A stretch of DNA of 63,018 nt, filler included, from Piptocephalis cylindrospora (Eukaryota), in the NCBI GenBank assembly GCA_003614145.1. It is 17 parts of 17 records of this genome, joined end to end, with 100 filler letters (N's around TTAATTAATTAA, not from the genome) between each part and the next. Parts side by side here need not be neighbours in the genome. Positions count along the whole stretch, not along the records: positions 22,409 to 26,044 come from KZ988652.1; positions 26,145 to 29,772 come from KZ988653.1; positions 29,873 to 33,495 come from KZ988654.1; positions 33,596 to 37,217 come from KZ988655.1; 13 more parts are not named here. The stretch is one strand, 5' to 3'. Shown here one piece after another: positions 22,409-35,399 of the stretch. A program made the translations under genes and the position numbers. The number at the start of each line of letters is the position of its first letter. Position 1 is the first letter of the stretch. The notes beneath the pieces were generated by a model. That model was not told the origin of the DNA. It saw nothing but the letters and a program-made list of their open reading frames with translations, and searched no databases.

Positions 22409-23961
22409 CTGTCATCCTGGGCCTAGCCACCACCGCCATCTCCCCGGCTGAACTATGGCGTGGTATCGCCGGGTCCGATGGGATCGAACCCTACTCCATC
22501 CTTATCCTCCTTCTGTCCTTGTCGTACGTGTGCATCTCCCTTGACTTGACCGGGGTTTTGGCAATGGTCGCCCTCTGGTTCCCCACACTGGCCGGACGTC
22601 GAGGCCGCCTGTTCTACACTGCCATCTTTTTTGTCAGCCTATTCTTTGCCACTATCACCAACAATGACGTGGCCATCCTCACCTTGACCCCGATCACCAT
22701 TTACTTTTCCAACGCCATGCGGCTCCCCCCATACGCCCTCCTTTTGGGAGAATTCATTGCCTCCAACACCGCTTCGATGATTCTCTTTACTGGAAACCTT
22801 ACCAACATTGTTGTCGCCCAGGCCTACGGCCTGAACTTTGCTCAGTACGCCGCCTGGATGATTCTTCCGGCCCTGGGGTCCGCTGTATGCTCCTGGGCCG
22901 TCCTCATGGTACAGTACCGAAAGGATATCCCCAAGGAGGTTGATCTTCCTGATGTCCGGCCCAGATCCGCACTCAAAGAGCCCCACTTTGCCATAACGGG
23001 CCTCTTTCTCGTTGCCGGGATCATTGTGGCCTTGGCCGTCTCCTCCTTTTACCACATCTCCGTTTGGATTGTCTCCCTTCCCTTTGCCGTCGTCGGTCTA
23101 ATCATTGACCTGATCCGAGACACCTACTTTTGGCGAAAGGGATACAGGAAGGAGGGGGAAGAGGAAGAGAGTGGGTCCTCGACTACCGCAACTTATCGTC
23201 TCTCACCCACGATGTCCCACGATGGGGCCTCGTTTTCGGGGCCTGAGATGTCTGAAAGGGGCCAATCATCCCTCATGACTATGCGCTCTTTAGAAGCGCC
23301 CAAGGATAGGGCGTTGGAGCAGGATGACTTTACTACCGTCCCCGGCACTACTACTATCAATCCTTCCCCATCGAATCTGGGAGCTGGGGAGGTGGAGCCT
23401 CCTCAAAGAAATCTCCTAATCAAATGGCTTCACAAGGTTTGGAAGAAGGTAGCCTCCAAAATCCCCATTACCGCCAGTGTTTTGGAACAGCTTCCTTATG
23501 CAGTCTTTCCCTTTTCTTTTGGTATGTTCATACTGGTCGAGGGCCTTTCGGCCCATGGATGGACCGTGCGTTTGGCCAAGGTTCTAGTGTACTGCTGTCC
23601 CAACCCTACGGTTGCGGCCTTTACCGTGGGATTTATTACATCCCTTGCCTGCATCCCGTTTAATAATGTGCCCATGACCATCCTCTTTGCTCGGGCCCTC
23701 CTAAGTGCTCAATTCACCGCCAATGCCTCTGATGCCACCCGAAAATCTGCTCTCTTTGCCCTGGCCATTGGCAGCAACCTCGGCGCCAACCTCACCATTT
23801 TTGCCAGTCTTGCCGGGGTCATGTGGGCCACCTTGTCCCAGGGTAAGGGCGTTCATTTTGCCGGATGGCGCTTCTTCCGTGCCTGTCTCTGGTCCTTTCC
23901 CGTTAGTGTAGCCGCAGCGTGCGCCATTCTCGCTGCCGAGGTGGCTGTGATGGAGCGTTGA
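22409..23961 (+). CDS. ArsB/NhaD (ion transporter superfamily) membrane protein, 5'-partial
   Basis: Many TM segments; TNNDVAILTLTP, ASNTASMILFTGNLTNIVV, FNNVPMTIL, GSNLGANLT..ASLAG. Confidence 0.85.
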
Positions 23962-24339
23962 TCGAAGCTACTGATGTGGAGCCTTAATCGACACGATGAT
24001 GCCAAAATCAATGAGATGTCGAAAATAGAATGAAATATGTTCTTTTTTATATCATTTTTCGGTTCGTGTGCATGTGTGTGGCCTGATGTGTGGGCTGTGC
24101 CAATCATCTGGATATCCCTATCTTTGTTGCACCTGTCCATGTGGCCTGATACCCTGGAAGGGGGTGGGGGATCCTCGATTATGCTCCCATCCTCCTGGGA
24201 AAAGCCTACTGCCCTACTTCTACTAAACACGCGAGGGTAAATAAAACGAATTAGCCATCCTATGCTTGACGTTTACTGTCATTGCCTTGGCCTCCTCCTC
24301 TCCTTTTCTACGCTCCATCTCTACACTCCATCTTGCATC

Positions 24340-25365
24340 ATGACCCAATCGGGTATTATACTCGTTACCGGAGGAGAGGGCTTCCTGGGGACGCAGGTGG
24401 TCCGTCTGCTGCTAGAGCGAAAATACCAAGTGAGGGTATTTGCCCGGGTCAAACGAAATACCCATACGGCACAGGAAGGGCAACTCTCCTATCACCTAGG
24501 CGACATTCGATCCAGGGAAGATTGTGCGGAAGCATGCCAAGGCGTGAAGGCCGTGATCCACACGGCTTCTATTATTCTACGGGGTCTACGAAGGGAGATG
24601 GACGAGGTTAATGTGGAGGGCACTCGGCTCATGTTGGAAGAGGCGGAAAAGGCCAGAGTCAAAGCCTTTATCCATACCTCTAGTATCAGTGTCATCCATG
24701 ATGGTAGCCCACTTTCTGGGGGTATTGAGGATGGGCCAGTGGTGTATCCGGATACGCCCTACGACGATTACAGCGGATCCAAGGCCCGTGCAGAGGCTCT
24801 GGTCCTGGACTGGGCCAAGAAGGGAGGAAACATGGCTGTGTGTACCCTTCGACCCGGACTGTTGTATGGTCCGGGCGATCGATCCTTCCTGCCTGTTCTG
24901 ATCGACACGTTTCATCATTGTCAAACCCGCTTTTACTGGGGAGATCACTCCGCCAGAATGGATTTTACCTATGTGGAAAATGCAGCCCATGCCCATGTCC
25001 TTGCCGTGGAGGCGTTGACTTTGGAACCATCAGGGTTGATGGGGAAAATCATCCACGTGACAGACGGGGAACCCGAACCATTTTTCCTCTTTTCCCGAGA
25101 GCTTTTCGCCGCTGCTGGTCATCCCAACCACTTTGCTCTCCGCCTGCCCCTATGGATTATCCTATCATTTGCCCGTATGGTCACCTTTGTGTATGGGCTC
25201 CTGGGTAGACAATCCCCGCTGGTATCCAAGGAACTACTGTATCCCTTGTGCGATCTGTATGTCGAGATGAATTTGGCCCGTACGGCGCTTGGGTATTCTC
25301 CCATTGTCCCTCGGGAAGAGAGGGTGGCTCGGACGGCCCATTGGCTAAAAGATCAATTAGCTTGA
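24340..25365 (+). CDS. 3-beta-hydroxysteroid dehydrogenase / NAD-dependent epimerase family (Erg26/NSDHL-like)
   Basis: TGGEGFLG, VIHTAS, VNVEGT, YSGSK (YxxxK), LRPGLLYGPGD, DFTYVENAAHAHVLA. Confidence 0.85.
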   Translation: MTQSGIILVTGGEGFLGTQVVRLLLERKYQVRVFARVKRNTHTAQEGQLSYHLGDIRSREDCAEACQGVKAVIHTASIILRGLRREMDEVNVEGTRLMLEEAEKARVKAFIHTSSISVIHDGSPLSGGIEDGPVVYPDTPYDDYSGSKARAEALVLDWAKKGGNMAVCTLRPGLLYGPGDRSFLPVLIDTFHHCQTRFYWGDHSARMDFTYVENAAHAHVLAVEALTLEPSGLMGKIIHVTDGEPEPFFLFSRELFAAAGHPNHFALRLPLWIILSFARMVTFVYGLLGRQSPLVSKELLYPLCDLYVEMNLARTALGYSPIVPREERVARTAHWLKDQLA

Positions 25366-25956
25366 TGTAGAGTGGGTGATGCACGGGTAGATCCTTTGTG
25401 GATAGAGGAGCTGGCTCCCTGAGTACATTTCTCATCTCATTCAACTGATCACCATGTCAAGAGAGGTGAAGACGAATAAGGTCTGGAAATTGATACACTA
25501 AGTGATCTGAGAGATGGTACTAAAATGACCTGGGTTCATAGTGGGGGAACCTGACTTCTCGTCAGAGACCGTTCGAGTACTCGTGTGTACCCAGATCACA
25601 CCTCTCCGCTACCTGAATGTGTGAGATGTGTGTGGGCGGGGTAAAAGCTGAGTCTTTCAAACCCCTCTCCCCTACCCCCGCATGGCATTGGTCCTTTGTT
25701 AGGGAGGTCTCCCCTCCCCCCGTCTTTCTGTATGCAACTTGGTATTATTATTAAGACATCAGTGTGCGATGTTGGTCTTCTGGGCTGGTAAAAAAAGCAG
25801 CAGCAAGTTCCCTCTGTTCTCTCCCCTCTCTTTCCTTCACTGTGGCCAAAGGGTAAAAGGTACAGAGCCCGACCAGACAAGACAAGCAGCCCCCGTCCTT
25901 CCCTACCCCTCCTCCTACTTTTACCGCTGCTAATACTTGTGTCAATCCTCTCCCTT

Positions 25957-25988
<32 letters not shown>

Positions 25989-27183
25989 TCCCTCCTCTCT
26001 CCTCTCCTCCTCTCTTTCTTCTCCTTCTCTCTCTCTTTTTTCTCNNNNNNNNNNNNNNNNNNNNNNNNNNNNNNNNNNNNNNNNNNNNTTAATTAATTAA
26101 NNNNNNNNNNNNNNNNNNNNNNNNNNNNNNNNNNNNNNNNNNNNGGGTGATCTCCTAGTAGTAGTAGCTTCCCTTGCCTCTGTCCACCCCTCTCTCTCTA
26201 TCCCCGAGCCTAGTGGTGGCCCTTTGGAATGGGCCATACAGTTAGGGTGAAAAAAAAAGGTCAGGGCTTTCTCTCTCCTCCTCTCCCTCTCCCACCCACT
26301 GCCTTTTGGGACCACCGAGTGAGGGAGAGGGCAACACCGTGCAGCTGCCCTCTTCTCCCCACCCCTCCCATTGCGCACGTAGCATGCGCGCGTGGCAGTT
26401 TCCGCTTCCCTACTGGGAGAGGTCGATAAGGCGGTGAATGAGTGAGTGAGTGAGTGAGTGAGTGAGCGAGCGAGCGAATGTGCGTGTCGCTGGACCCTCT
26501 ACCTGACCATTTGACGACCATATGACGAAAGAGGGGTCAGTGGGAGAGCTTGGCGGAGAGGAAAGAGGGGGCTCAAGGCCTGACACACACACACACACTC
26601 TCTCTATCTGCCTATCTATCGGGGTGCAGACCATACAGCGCTACTACTACTGCTGCTAGGAAAGAGAGAAGGGATGTCGGAGTACGGACGGGGTGGGCAG
26701 TGCGGTGGATGTGCCTCTTCTCGTTGGTTCTCTCTCCGCCCTCGGTGAGGGGCAAAAAAGAGACAGAGGATGAGAGACGGGAGAGACACTGACCTGACTC
26801 ACAACATAGTGTGAGCGGTGGGTTTTACGGGCGATGAGAAGAGGGCGAACAGACCGACTCACTGATCAAGACGTGGTGAGGCGTGGATGGGGGAGGCGAT
26901 TAGGAGGAGAGCAAGACAGACTGAGGTGTGGATGGGGGAGAGGTGCATACCAAGAGAGTGAGAGAGTGAGAGTGAGTGAGAATGAGTGAGCAGGGAGAGG
27001 CGCATACAGAGAGCGTGAGCAAGGAGTGAGGCACACACATCGACAAGGAGTGAGGGGAGGACGCGCATACAAACAGAGCAAGGGGAAGATGCAAGTAGAC
27101 GCATCTATCAAAACACAAAGGAAAAGGATGCACCATGATGCCTAGTCGCAATGACCAGGTATGAAGGGATAGGGGGTATTCAA

Positions 27184-28467
27184 TCATTCCGTCGGGGAAA
27201 AGGCCTCTAGCCCTAGGGTACGATATACATCGGCCAGAAGATAGAGAGACCCACAGATCACAGGCCGATGGGAAACAAAGGAGGAGGAGGCATGGGTGAG
27301 GGCTTGATGGACCAACGATTCTCTTTCCTCACGTCCCGCCATGCCATCCTTTTCATTCTTCGTGGGGAAGACACGGGTTGGGAGGGAGGGGAGGATGGAG
27401 ACGATGCGGCTCTCCACATCCCGAGGGTCCATGCATCGACACCATGGCATACCATCGGGGATGGAGAAGCCCAGGAGGATAGCGCGATCCCCCGGCCTCA
27501 ACAGCTCCCTCAGCATGCCATCCACATCCTTTCCCTGGGATAGGCCCAGGATCCATCCGATGGGCTCTTCCTCCCCAAGCGCCTGTCGAAGCGCATGGGC
27601 GCCCGCCGGGTTGTGCGCTCCATCCATGAGGACGGGGGCGGGGAGGGGAGGGAGGGATTGGACGTCCATTCTCCCTGCCCACCTCATCCCAAGCAAGGCC
27701 CTCCGTGTTCGGTCAGGGGACATATCAGGGGTCAGGGAGGATGGGAGAAGGGAGAGAGCGGTCAGGGCAGTTGAAAGGTTTCCCTCTTGAGCCTTGCCTG
27801 GTAGCGGACATGGAACAGGGCCCTTGCCGTCCTTGAACTGGTCTGGAGCCAGGTAAAGGGGACATCCCAATGCCCCAGCCCTCCCCCTCACCACCCCCTC
27901 CACCACCTCCCGAGTAGCCTCTTCCTGATGGGCCAGGACAACGGGGACATCAGGACGTAGGATCCCTACCTTGGCTCGGGTGATCTCAAGGATGGTCCCA
28001 CCCAGGATAGCTTCATGATCCAAGGAGATGGAGGTGAGGATGCACAGGAGAGGCTGGACGCATACATTAGTCGCGTCCAGCGCCCCGCCCAGGCCACACT
28101 CGATAAGGGCCACATCCACCTCCATGGCCACAAAGTACAGAAAGGCCACTGCGGTCTCCTGTTCAAAGCTTGTCAGTGCCTCCCCTCCCTCGGTCGACGT
28201 CATCAGCCTTTCGTGCAATTCCTGGTACTGCCCTGGGGGGATGGGTATCCCGTTGATTCGGATCGCGTCCCGAGGCTCCAGAAAGTGGGGCGAGGTGAAT
28301 TGCCCCACCCGCCTCTCCCCCCATCCCGGTCCACCCAGCAGCCTAGCCAGGTAGGTACACGTTGAGCCCTTTCCATTCGTCCCAGCCAAGTGAACTACCG
28401 GAACCTTATCCTGCGGGTTCTCCAATGCCTTGAGGACATGGGTGATACGTTCGAGCCCTAGGTCCAT
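27184..28467 (-). CDS. FOL3: Dihydrofolate synthetase / folylpolyglutamate synthase (FolC family)
   Basis: MDLGLERI, HLAGTNGKGST, FTSPH, ECGLGGALDATN, DGAHNP, CGSLYL. Confidence 0.88.
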   Translation of the reverse strand: MDLGLERITHVLKALENPQDKVPVVHLAGTNGKGSTCTYLARLLGGPGWGERRVGQFTSPHFLEPRDAIRINGIPIPPGQYQELHERLMTSTEGGEALTSFEQETAVAFLYFVAMEVDVALIECGLGGALDATNVCVQPLLCILTSISLDHEAILGGTILEITRAKVGILRPDVPVVLAHQEEATREVVEGVVRGRAGALGCPLYLAPDQFKDGKGPVPCPLPGKAQEGNLSTALTALSLLPSSLTPDMSPDRTRRALLGMRWAGRMDVQSLPPLPAPVLMDGAHNPAGAHALRQALGEEEPIGWILGLSQGKDVDGMLRELLRPGDRAILLGFSIPDGMPWCRCMDPRDVESRIVSILPSLPTRVFPTKNEKDGMAGREERESLVHQALTHASSSFVSHRPVICGSLYLLADVYRTLGLEAFSPTE

Positions 28468-28629
28468 GGGAAAGTAAGGGGACAGGAGGCAGGGGAGGGG
28501 AGGAGAGGAGAATGAAGAAGAGATCAGCCGTCCACAGCGGACTTGGCCTCCTCTCCCAAGTCAGTGAGGGCACAAACATCACTACTCCCCTCCCTTCTTA
28601 CCTCTCCTCCTTTAGCCTCCCTCTTCATC

Positions 28630-29337
28630 ATGTACTCGGATACATGGCGCGTTCAGGTGGTCCATGCCAAAGGCTTTCATCCCTCCCTGGAGTTCACCCC
28701 CCCTGCCTCCCCCTCCACCCCACCCCACCCTCAGTGTGGCCTGGCCTTGAGTCTGAGCCTGCCCCCTAGCGTGTTCCCGGACCCCTACCAGCTGTACGGA
28801 CTGGTGCCCACGCTGGGGGAGATGGTGGTGTCGGAGGAACCCGACCTGGAAAAGCCCGTCTCCCAAGTGGGAAATCAATCCTTGTCCCTGGCCCTGCTAC
28901 ACCCTCCCTCAAGGGGTGTATGGACCCTGCCCCTGCACACTCGATATCAGACGCCTCGAGAGCTCGGTCCCTGGACCGAACTCATCACCCTCCCCCCTCC
29001 CCGGGTCCTTTGGAGGTGCACAGAGCCCTTGGCTTGGCATACCGCGCTGAGCAAGGACGGGGAGGATCGTGCAGCCTGGTCTCTCCCTCGCCCCGGAAGC
29101 ATCATGGCCTCGGACCCATCCGATCCCCCCTCCATCTGGGTATACGAAGCCAAGGAGGTCAAGGTGCATGCCCCGTCCCTTGACCTGTCCATCCCTGTGG
29201 GGGATCTGAATGATGCTTCTTGGGTGGCATGGATCACCGGGCTACTCTGTACCCTGGGCGCTTTCTACATTCTCTTTCTCGCGCTCCTCCCTCGTCAATC
29301 CTCCTCTCCTTCCGAGAAGCAAGCCAAGGTCCATTGA
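28630..29337 (+). CDS. PBN1: PIG-X/Pbn1, subunit of GPI mannosyltransferase I
   Basis: GFHPSL, LPPSVFPDPYQL, PDLEKP, LPLHTRYQ, IPVGD, C-terminal TM helix. Head-to-head with FOL3, 162 bp apart. Confidence 0.8.
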   Translation: MYSDTWRVQVVHAKGFHPSLEFTPPASPSTPPHPQCGLALSLSLPPSVFPDPYQLYGLVPTLGEMVVSEEPDLEKPVSQVGNQSLSLALLHPPSRGVWTLPLHTRYQTPRELGPWTELITLPPPRVLWRCTEPLAWHTALSKDGEDRAAWSLPRPGSIMASDPSDPPSIWVYEAKEVKVHAPSLDLSIPVGDLNDASWVAWITGLLCTLGAFYILFLALLPRQSSSPSEKQAKVH

Positions 29338-29872
29338 ATGGGCGGATGGATGGATGTAGAGGGGAAGGATAAATTGAATCCATGGGTGTGCTGGATGAGA
29401 AAGTGAATGGAATAGCTAGGTCCGGAAAAGGCGTCGAGCAGGGGCATGTCCCATGATGGTCTTTGGCTAGGATGAAAGGATGGACCAAAAAATAGGGGTA
29501 TTTCCCTTTTTTCAACCAAGTGACCTTGCACACACTGCACTTTAAAATCAGATAGTCCTTCGTCTCGCCTCTCCATGACAAGTCCCCTTCACGCTTGGTC
29601 CAGGGATCGACGACCCCATCCCATCCTTCCCGTCTTTATGCCGTCCATACCCTTCAAGGGATGATGCCATTCCCAGTCTCCCTTAAAGTAAATGACCATC
29701 AACGGCTCTTCCCATTGATGCCTTGTTCTATCAAGGATGTGACCCATTGACACGTCCTTCCTCCTCATCCCCNNNNNNNNNNNNNNNNNNNNNNNNNNNN
29801 NNNNNNNNNNNNNNNNTTAATTAATTAANNNNNNNNNNNNNNNNNNNNNNNNNNNNNNNNNNNNNNNNNNNN

Positions 29873-29883
29873 GGGGGGGGGGT

Positions 29884-29926
<43 letters not shown>
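29873..29926. repeat. Poly-G tract at contig edge
   Basis: Direct reading. Other G/C homopolymers at or near contig ends: 7302-7330, about 25957-25985 and about 33427-33458. Confidence 0.95.
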
Positions 29927-29927
<1 letters not shown>

Positions 29928-31017
29928 GAGGGAAGAGGAGTAGGTCTACGGATATAAACGACAACAGGGCACGGACATGAACGGGAGAGAAGGAACAAGG
30001 AGAGAAAATGGTTCTTGCTGCTGGATGGATGAGTCAAGGTTCTCTCGAGGTCGCGGACAAGGGAGAGTAAGGAGGGTACAGAGTCAGGAGGAAGGAAGAG
30101 TTGGGTGGAAGGGATTTTCTTTCGTTTTGTGCAGAGAAGCCATCCAGGGAAACCTGGCTTTTCATGCAGTAGCAGCACACCCGTCTACCCCGGGCCCAAG
30201 CTTCTGAGCCCCGGGGTAATTGGTGGGGGAACAGGACGAGAAATGATGTGATATGTGCGCGTTGACCGATGTTTTGTGGAAGAGGGACGAGCAGCAGGTG
30301 AGGGGAAAGCAATGGATATGTAGGGGAGATGGGGGGAGTAAGAGGGGGGAAGGGGAGAAGATGAATGAGACATTCTCACCCTTCCTCTACTTTATGGCCA
30401 CGACGTCAAGGTGAGGGGCGATGATATGTGTACTTCCAGGAGACTAGAGGAAGAGAGCCCCTTGCTCCTATAGAGAGTGAAGGACAATGCCCTCCTTCGC
30501 CGACCAGTCCTTTTTCATCAAGTCGCGCTTGAAGCGGAATATACGCAAGAATATATTTTTGATCTGGAGCTACCATGGTACTCCCTTGTTTCAAAGAACT
30601 GATTGGCCGATCCAACGTGACACACCTGACACACCATTCAAACAGGATGGGGATACATAATAGTGAATGGCCCGCCTCACACAACTAGGAGCATGCGAAT
30701 CAATCGGACATGGTCCTGCCCCACCCACTCCTTCCAATCCAAGTGTGCCTATTACCTCCCGACCGATTGTTCTCCTTGCCAACTCAGCCCGAGTGTGTCC
30801 TACCGTAAAGCGACTCCCTCCCCCCCTCCCATCAACGCCATCCTCATATTCTGAGATCCATCCTAGTTCCCAAAAATTCATCATGATCATTCATCCCTTC
30901 ACATCGTAGTCATTCCTATCCATCCAAAGCACTTGGTATCCCTTGTGATGACACACCAAGACCATCATAGACCCCATTCTCCTCTCGCATAACAAAAAGA
31001 AAAGAGATCATCCCTCC

Positions 31018-31824
31018 TCACATAAGGATACAGCAACACCCGGAATCCTCACTGCTGGAACCGTTGCCAGCGCCATTACCATCCCCATCAGCGCCTTGAG
31101 TGGCGAGGGTAAAACGACGAATCTCACGGACGAGGTTGTAAAAGGACTCGTCCACATTGATCTTTTGCTTGGCCGACGTCTCGATGAAACGGCATTGCCA
31201 TTCCTTGGCCAGATCCCGGCCCTCTTGGCTAGACACCTGCCTCTCCGGTTCCAGATCGCACTTATTAGCGACGACAATGATAGGGAAGTAGTCCTTATCC
31301 TTAACCCGGAGGATCTGCTGGTGGAAGGTGGCAATCTCCTCAAAGCTGGACCGGGAGGTGATGGAGTAGACCAGGAGGAACCCCTCTCCCGTCCTCATAT
31401 ACTGCTCCCTCATGGCGCTGTATTCTTCCTGACCGGCCGTGTCCAGGACGTCCAGAAGGGCCACCTCATCATCGATGACACACTGCTTACGGTAAGAATC
31501 TAAAGGGATGGGGGAGGGAGGATGAGTCATGTAGGGGGAATACAGAAGCCCATTCCTCCTCACGTACCCTCAATGGTGGGATCGTACTCGTCCACAAAAT
31601 GGGATTGAATGAACTGGATGGTCAATGCGGACTTTCCCACACCTACAAAGGGGAAGAGGGGAGGGGGGGGAGGGCAAGAAGGTGAGTAGGGTGTTTGATC
31701 ATAGGAGAGGGCCAGCCATGTTTGGGGCTGGTCCCGAAGAAATAGTCCGATTGAGCTTACCTCCTCCACCAACTACAACCAATTTATACTCTCGGAGGAA
31801 TTGAGCGGGCTTTGGGGCTGCCAT
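31018..31824 (-). CDS. RAS1: Ras GTPase (3 exons)
   Basis: [22 protein letters not shown] / [24 protein letters not shown] / [27 protein letters not shown] end CCCILM. Introns 31760-31643 and 31567-31500. Confidence 0.95.
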
Positions 31825-32161
31825 CACAAGGGAAAAATAAGTGGAGGGGAAAGGGGAGGGTTCGCGCTACAAGGAAGGATGAAGGGGTGGGGAAGGGAAG
31901 GGTGGGGGAGAGGTGGACCAAGTGTGAAGATTGGGTACTATTAAAAAAAGAAAGGCAAAGGGGAGGATGAAGCGGGAGGAGACTAAAATGGAGGGAAATG
32001 GGGAAAAAGAAGGATGAAAGGATAGGTGAGCGAGTCAAATCAAGTGAGAGGAACAAAGAAGAAAAAGACGAGAGAGACAAGATACACTCTCCTTCCTGGT
32101 GGGATGCCCCTTCCTTCTTCCCTCTGCCTTTCCCCTACATATTTATCCTTCCCTTCCTGGT

Positions 32162-32203
<42 letters not shown>

Positions 32204-33595
32204 TGGAATCAGGCTCTTCCCTGTCTCTGTCTCCTGGATGATCTGCCTCACATTCCTCCCTTCCCCCCACACTAGAGTAGAGACGATGGTGTGGTGGCTG
32301 GTTGACCCTTGCCAGAGAGACTCATGGGAATAGGTGATACAATACAGGAGGGGAAGGGGAGGGGGCATCGCACAGGCCTCTCTCTCTCACTCGTCTTTCA
32401 CTGTTGACTCTCAAACACTTCCCACACACATACACACCATTCTTCTCGAGTGAAAAGCGGTGAAATGGGCGCAGCAGGAAAAAAAGAATAGACCGAGGAT
32501 GATATCAGGATGTCGTGACCTTCCTTCTCAGTCATCATCTCTTCTTGAGAGCGTGATATATCCTCAATAGACGGTCAAGGCGAGATCAGGCCGACTTCAC
32601 ATATAGAGAGACAGGGAAATAGAGGGGAGTCTGGGAGGTTCCCATGGGTCTAGGGTACCCCTGCCCATCAAGCACGCCCAGGAAGATAGACATCGAGACT
32701 TCCTCCAGAGATTGCGCTCTCGGTGGACAAGACAAGCATATACCACACCGAGGAATAGGCGGGAAAGATGGGGAAAACTTACAAGAAAAGGGGTAACCAA
32801 AGGAATGGGAGCAGAGGAGGTGTGTGTATGTGTGTAAGGACACAATAGAAAAAAAAGGCAATGGGGGTATGGGGAAAGGTGAGAGGGAGGAAGAGAGAGA
32901 GAGAGGAGAGAGAGAGGAGAAGAGAAGGGTGAGGGAATGAGGGAGTGAGGAAAGAGGAAGGGGGCTGGTGCAGCCCTTAGAGTAGCATTAGGGAGTCTTC
33001 TTATTGTATCGGGCGGGGCAGAGCCCAGGGAAAACGATGAGAGGGTAGGGGAGGAGGGGAAGGGTGGCGGTGGCGGTAGTGATAAGTGGTGTGGGGTGGG
33101 CGTGTGTCTGTGTTTCTATGTCTCTGTGTGTCTGTGTGTGTGTGTATGTGTGTGTGAGTATGACCATGAGCGGGGCTGTGAGAGGGGCTGCACGGGCGGA
33201 GATGGAGATTTGATTTGGAAGAGAGGGGAGGCGGGAAGGATGAGAGAGAGGGGATTGGGAGGATGAGAGGACTAGGGACATTGGAGAAGGGGCACACACA
33301 CACACACACACACACACACTGACGCACAGCGAGGGTGCATTAGGGGGCAAAGGGGGAGAAAGGGGGGAAGAGGGGGGTTTCATCGCCCGGTTCTTCTCCC
33401 CCTTTTTTTCTTTTTTCCCCTCTTCTCCCCCCCCCCCCCTCCCCCCCCCCCCCCCCCCATCCCCACTCTTATTTCATGTTTCCCTTCTTAAGCTTNNNNN
33501 NNNNNNNNNNNNNNNNNNNNNNNNNNNNNNNNNNNNNNNTTAATTAATTAANNNNNNNNNNNNNNNNNNNNNNNNNNNNNNNNNNNNNNNNNNNN

Positions 33596-34486
33596 CTTTC
33601 CCTCGGGAATCCCTTCGACAACAATCAGGGTACGAATGACGGAGCCATTGCCTGCTCCGGGGCCCTTACGATGTCCTCCTCCTTCCCGATTCCTTCCTCC
33701 CCCTTCCCTGCCTCGGGCATCTCCCAAGCGACGATCAATTCCGTCCCGATTCCCCCGTGAGCCTCCTGGACCCTGCTGGTACAGTGCCTGATCTGGTGTC
33801 CTCACCATCCCTGGACCTCCTTTCCCCTGATGGAGGGATGCGTCCGGAAGATGAAATGCCATAGCACCATGGTCGTACGGGCAATTATCCCCGCGAAGAC
33901 AAAACCCCTTTCGATCAAAGTCGTGGCATCGACCACGAGGTCGGTCCATCGGTCGGTTGGAAGCCGGGTATCCCGATTGGGGAGGCCCCGCCGGCCTAGA
34001 CGCCATGGGGTAAGTAGGACGTGAGTGACCTTGTATCGAGGCTTCATGACTAGGTGGAGAAATGGAGCGACGACGGGAGTAGCCTGATGAGGCCTCATGT
34101 CCTGGCCGCGCCCGATCCCGCGAGGATAGTTCGTATGCATCTCGTCTCGAGTGTCCGTATGTCCGATCCTCTCGATCTCGATGATGTCTCTCTCGGGAAT
34201 GACTTCCCCGATATTCGTCATCTGATCGGGAATTGGAATGGGGAGCAACGCCTGCGGAAGCCGAGCTCGAGCTTGATAGAAGAGGCATCAGCTGCCGGAT
34301 GAAGGTCCCAGTGTTGTCCCCGAGAAAGTCCACCAATTGTTCCTGATACGAGTCTTCCTGCTCCTTGGTTGATTTGGTCGTGTCAGAGAGTACCACCACA
34401 TAATCGGCAAGGACCTGAGGATCCGCATCACATAGAGGCTCTAGTAGCCGGGCAATCTCTGCTTTGACGCTCTCTGCAGGTGGCAT
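33596..34486 (-). CDS. RBM26/RBM27-like RNA-binding protein (PWI + CCCH zinc finger + start of RRM), 3'-partial
   Basis: LLEPLCDADPQVLADYVVVL..LVDFL (PWI-like), RS-rich region, RCHDFDRKGFCLRGDNCPYDHG, IVVEGIPE. Confidence 0.85.
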
Positions 34487-35399
34487 CTGTTTAGCTCCGA
34501 AGATATTGGCGGACAGATGATAAAGAGGTCTGAGACAGAAGGTGGGAAGATGGGTAGTTGGACACTATCAGGTCGTCTGAAAATAAATGATATCGAAGGT
34601 TGGATTTTGAACGTATGAAACAGAAAGGCTTTTTAAGATATGAGGAAATCGACGGATGGATGGCTCCAAGAGGTCAAAGTGGCAGGATAAAGGAGGGACG
34701 AGTGGATGGAATGAGATGGATGGATGGATGGATGGATGGATGGTTGGTTGGTTGGATAGATGGTTGGATGGGGCAAATGGATGGGTAGATGGGCGGATAA
34801 GTGGATGAGTATGTCGATGGTAGGAGGGCTTTGTGGTAAACAAGAGGTCGGATGGTACGCGACAGTGTGCCTCCTCCAAGATCCAGCGCCACCCACCCAA
34901 ACCCGTCCAGTAGTCATAAAGGGATGCACGCGTCAAGCGGAGTCTGCATGATCGTGTGTTCCACTAGCCTATTTTCGTAGGGTTGGCATAAGCATTCCCC
35001 AAGCCCCAAAGCCTGAACTCTATAACTATTGGCATCGCCACTTTATTCAAGATCATCTCAAGAGGTTAAAAATAACGCCAGCAGTAGTAGTAATAGTATT
35101 GTTAGGGGTATGGTTTAGTAGGTGGGTATAAACGGGTGAGGGGGTGAATTCAGATGTAAAGTGGCTTAATCTTCCAATGTATTGGGAATGTCAGTCGAAA
35201 GTCCAGTATTTTATAGAGGATCACCCAGGCGGGTGATTCTCTATATTTAGGACCATGCTAGGGTGTCCTTGTGCTGTCGACTCTTTTGTTATGATCATGA
35301 GGCGTCCTTTCTTCCTTTGGTCCTTGTCCTTTGTTTCTAGGGCTTCCCACAGGCATTCCTTTTTACGCGGAAGGCACAACGACTTCCCAGTCGTTACAG

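Noticed and set aside
30487..30660. 57-aa ATG-initiated small ORF
   Set aside because: No recognisable motif, splice support or family similarity.
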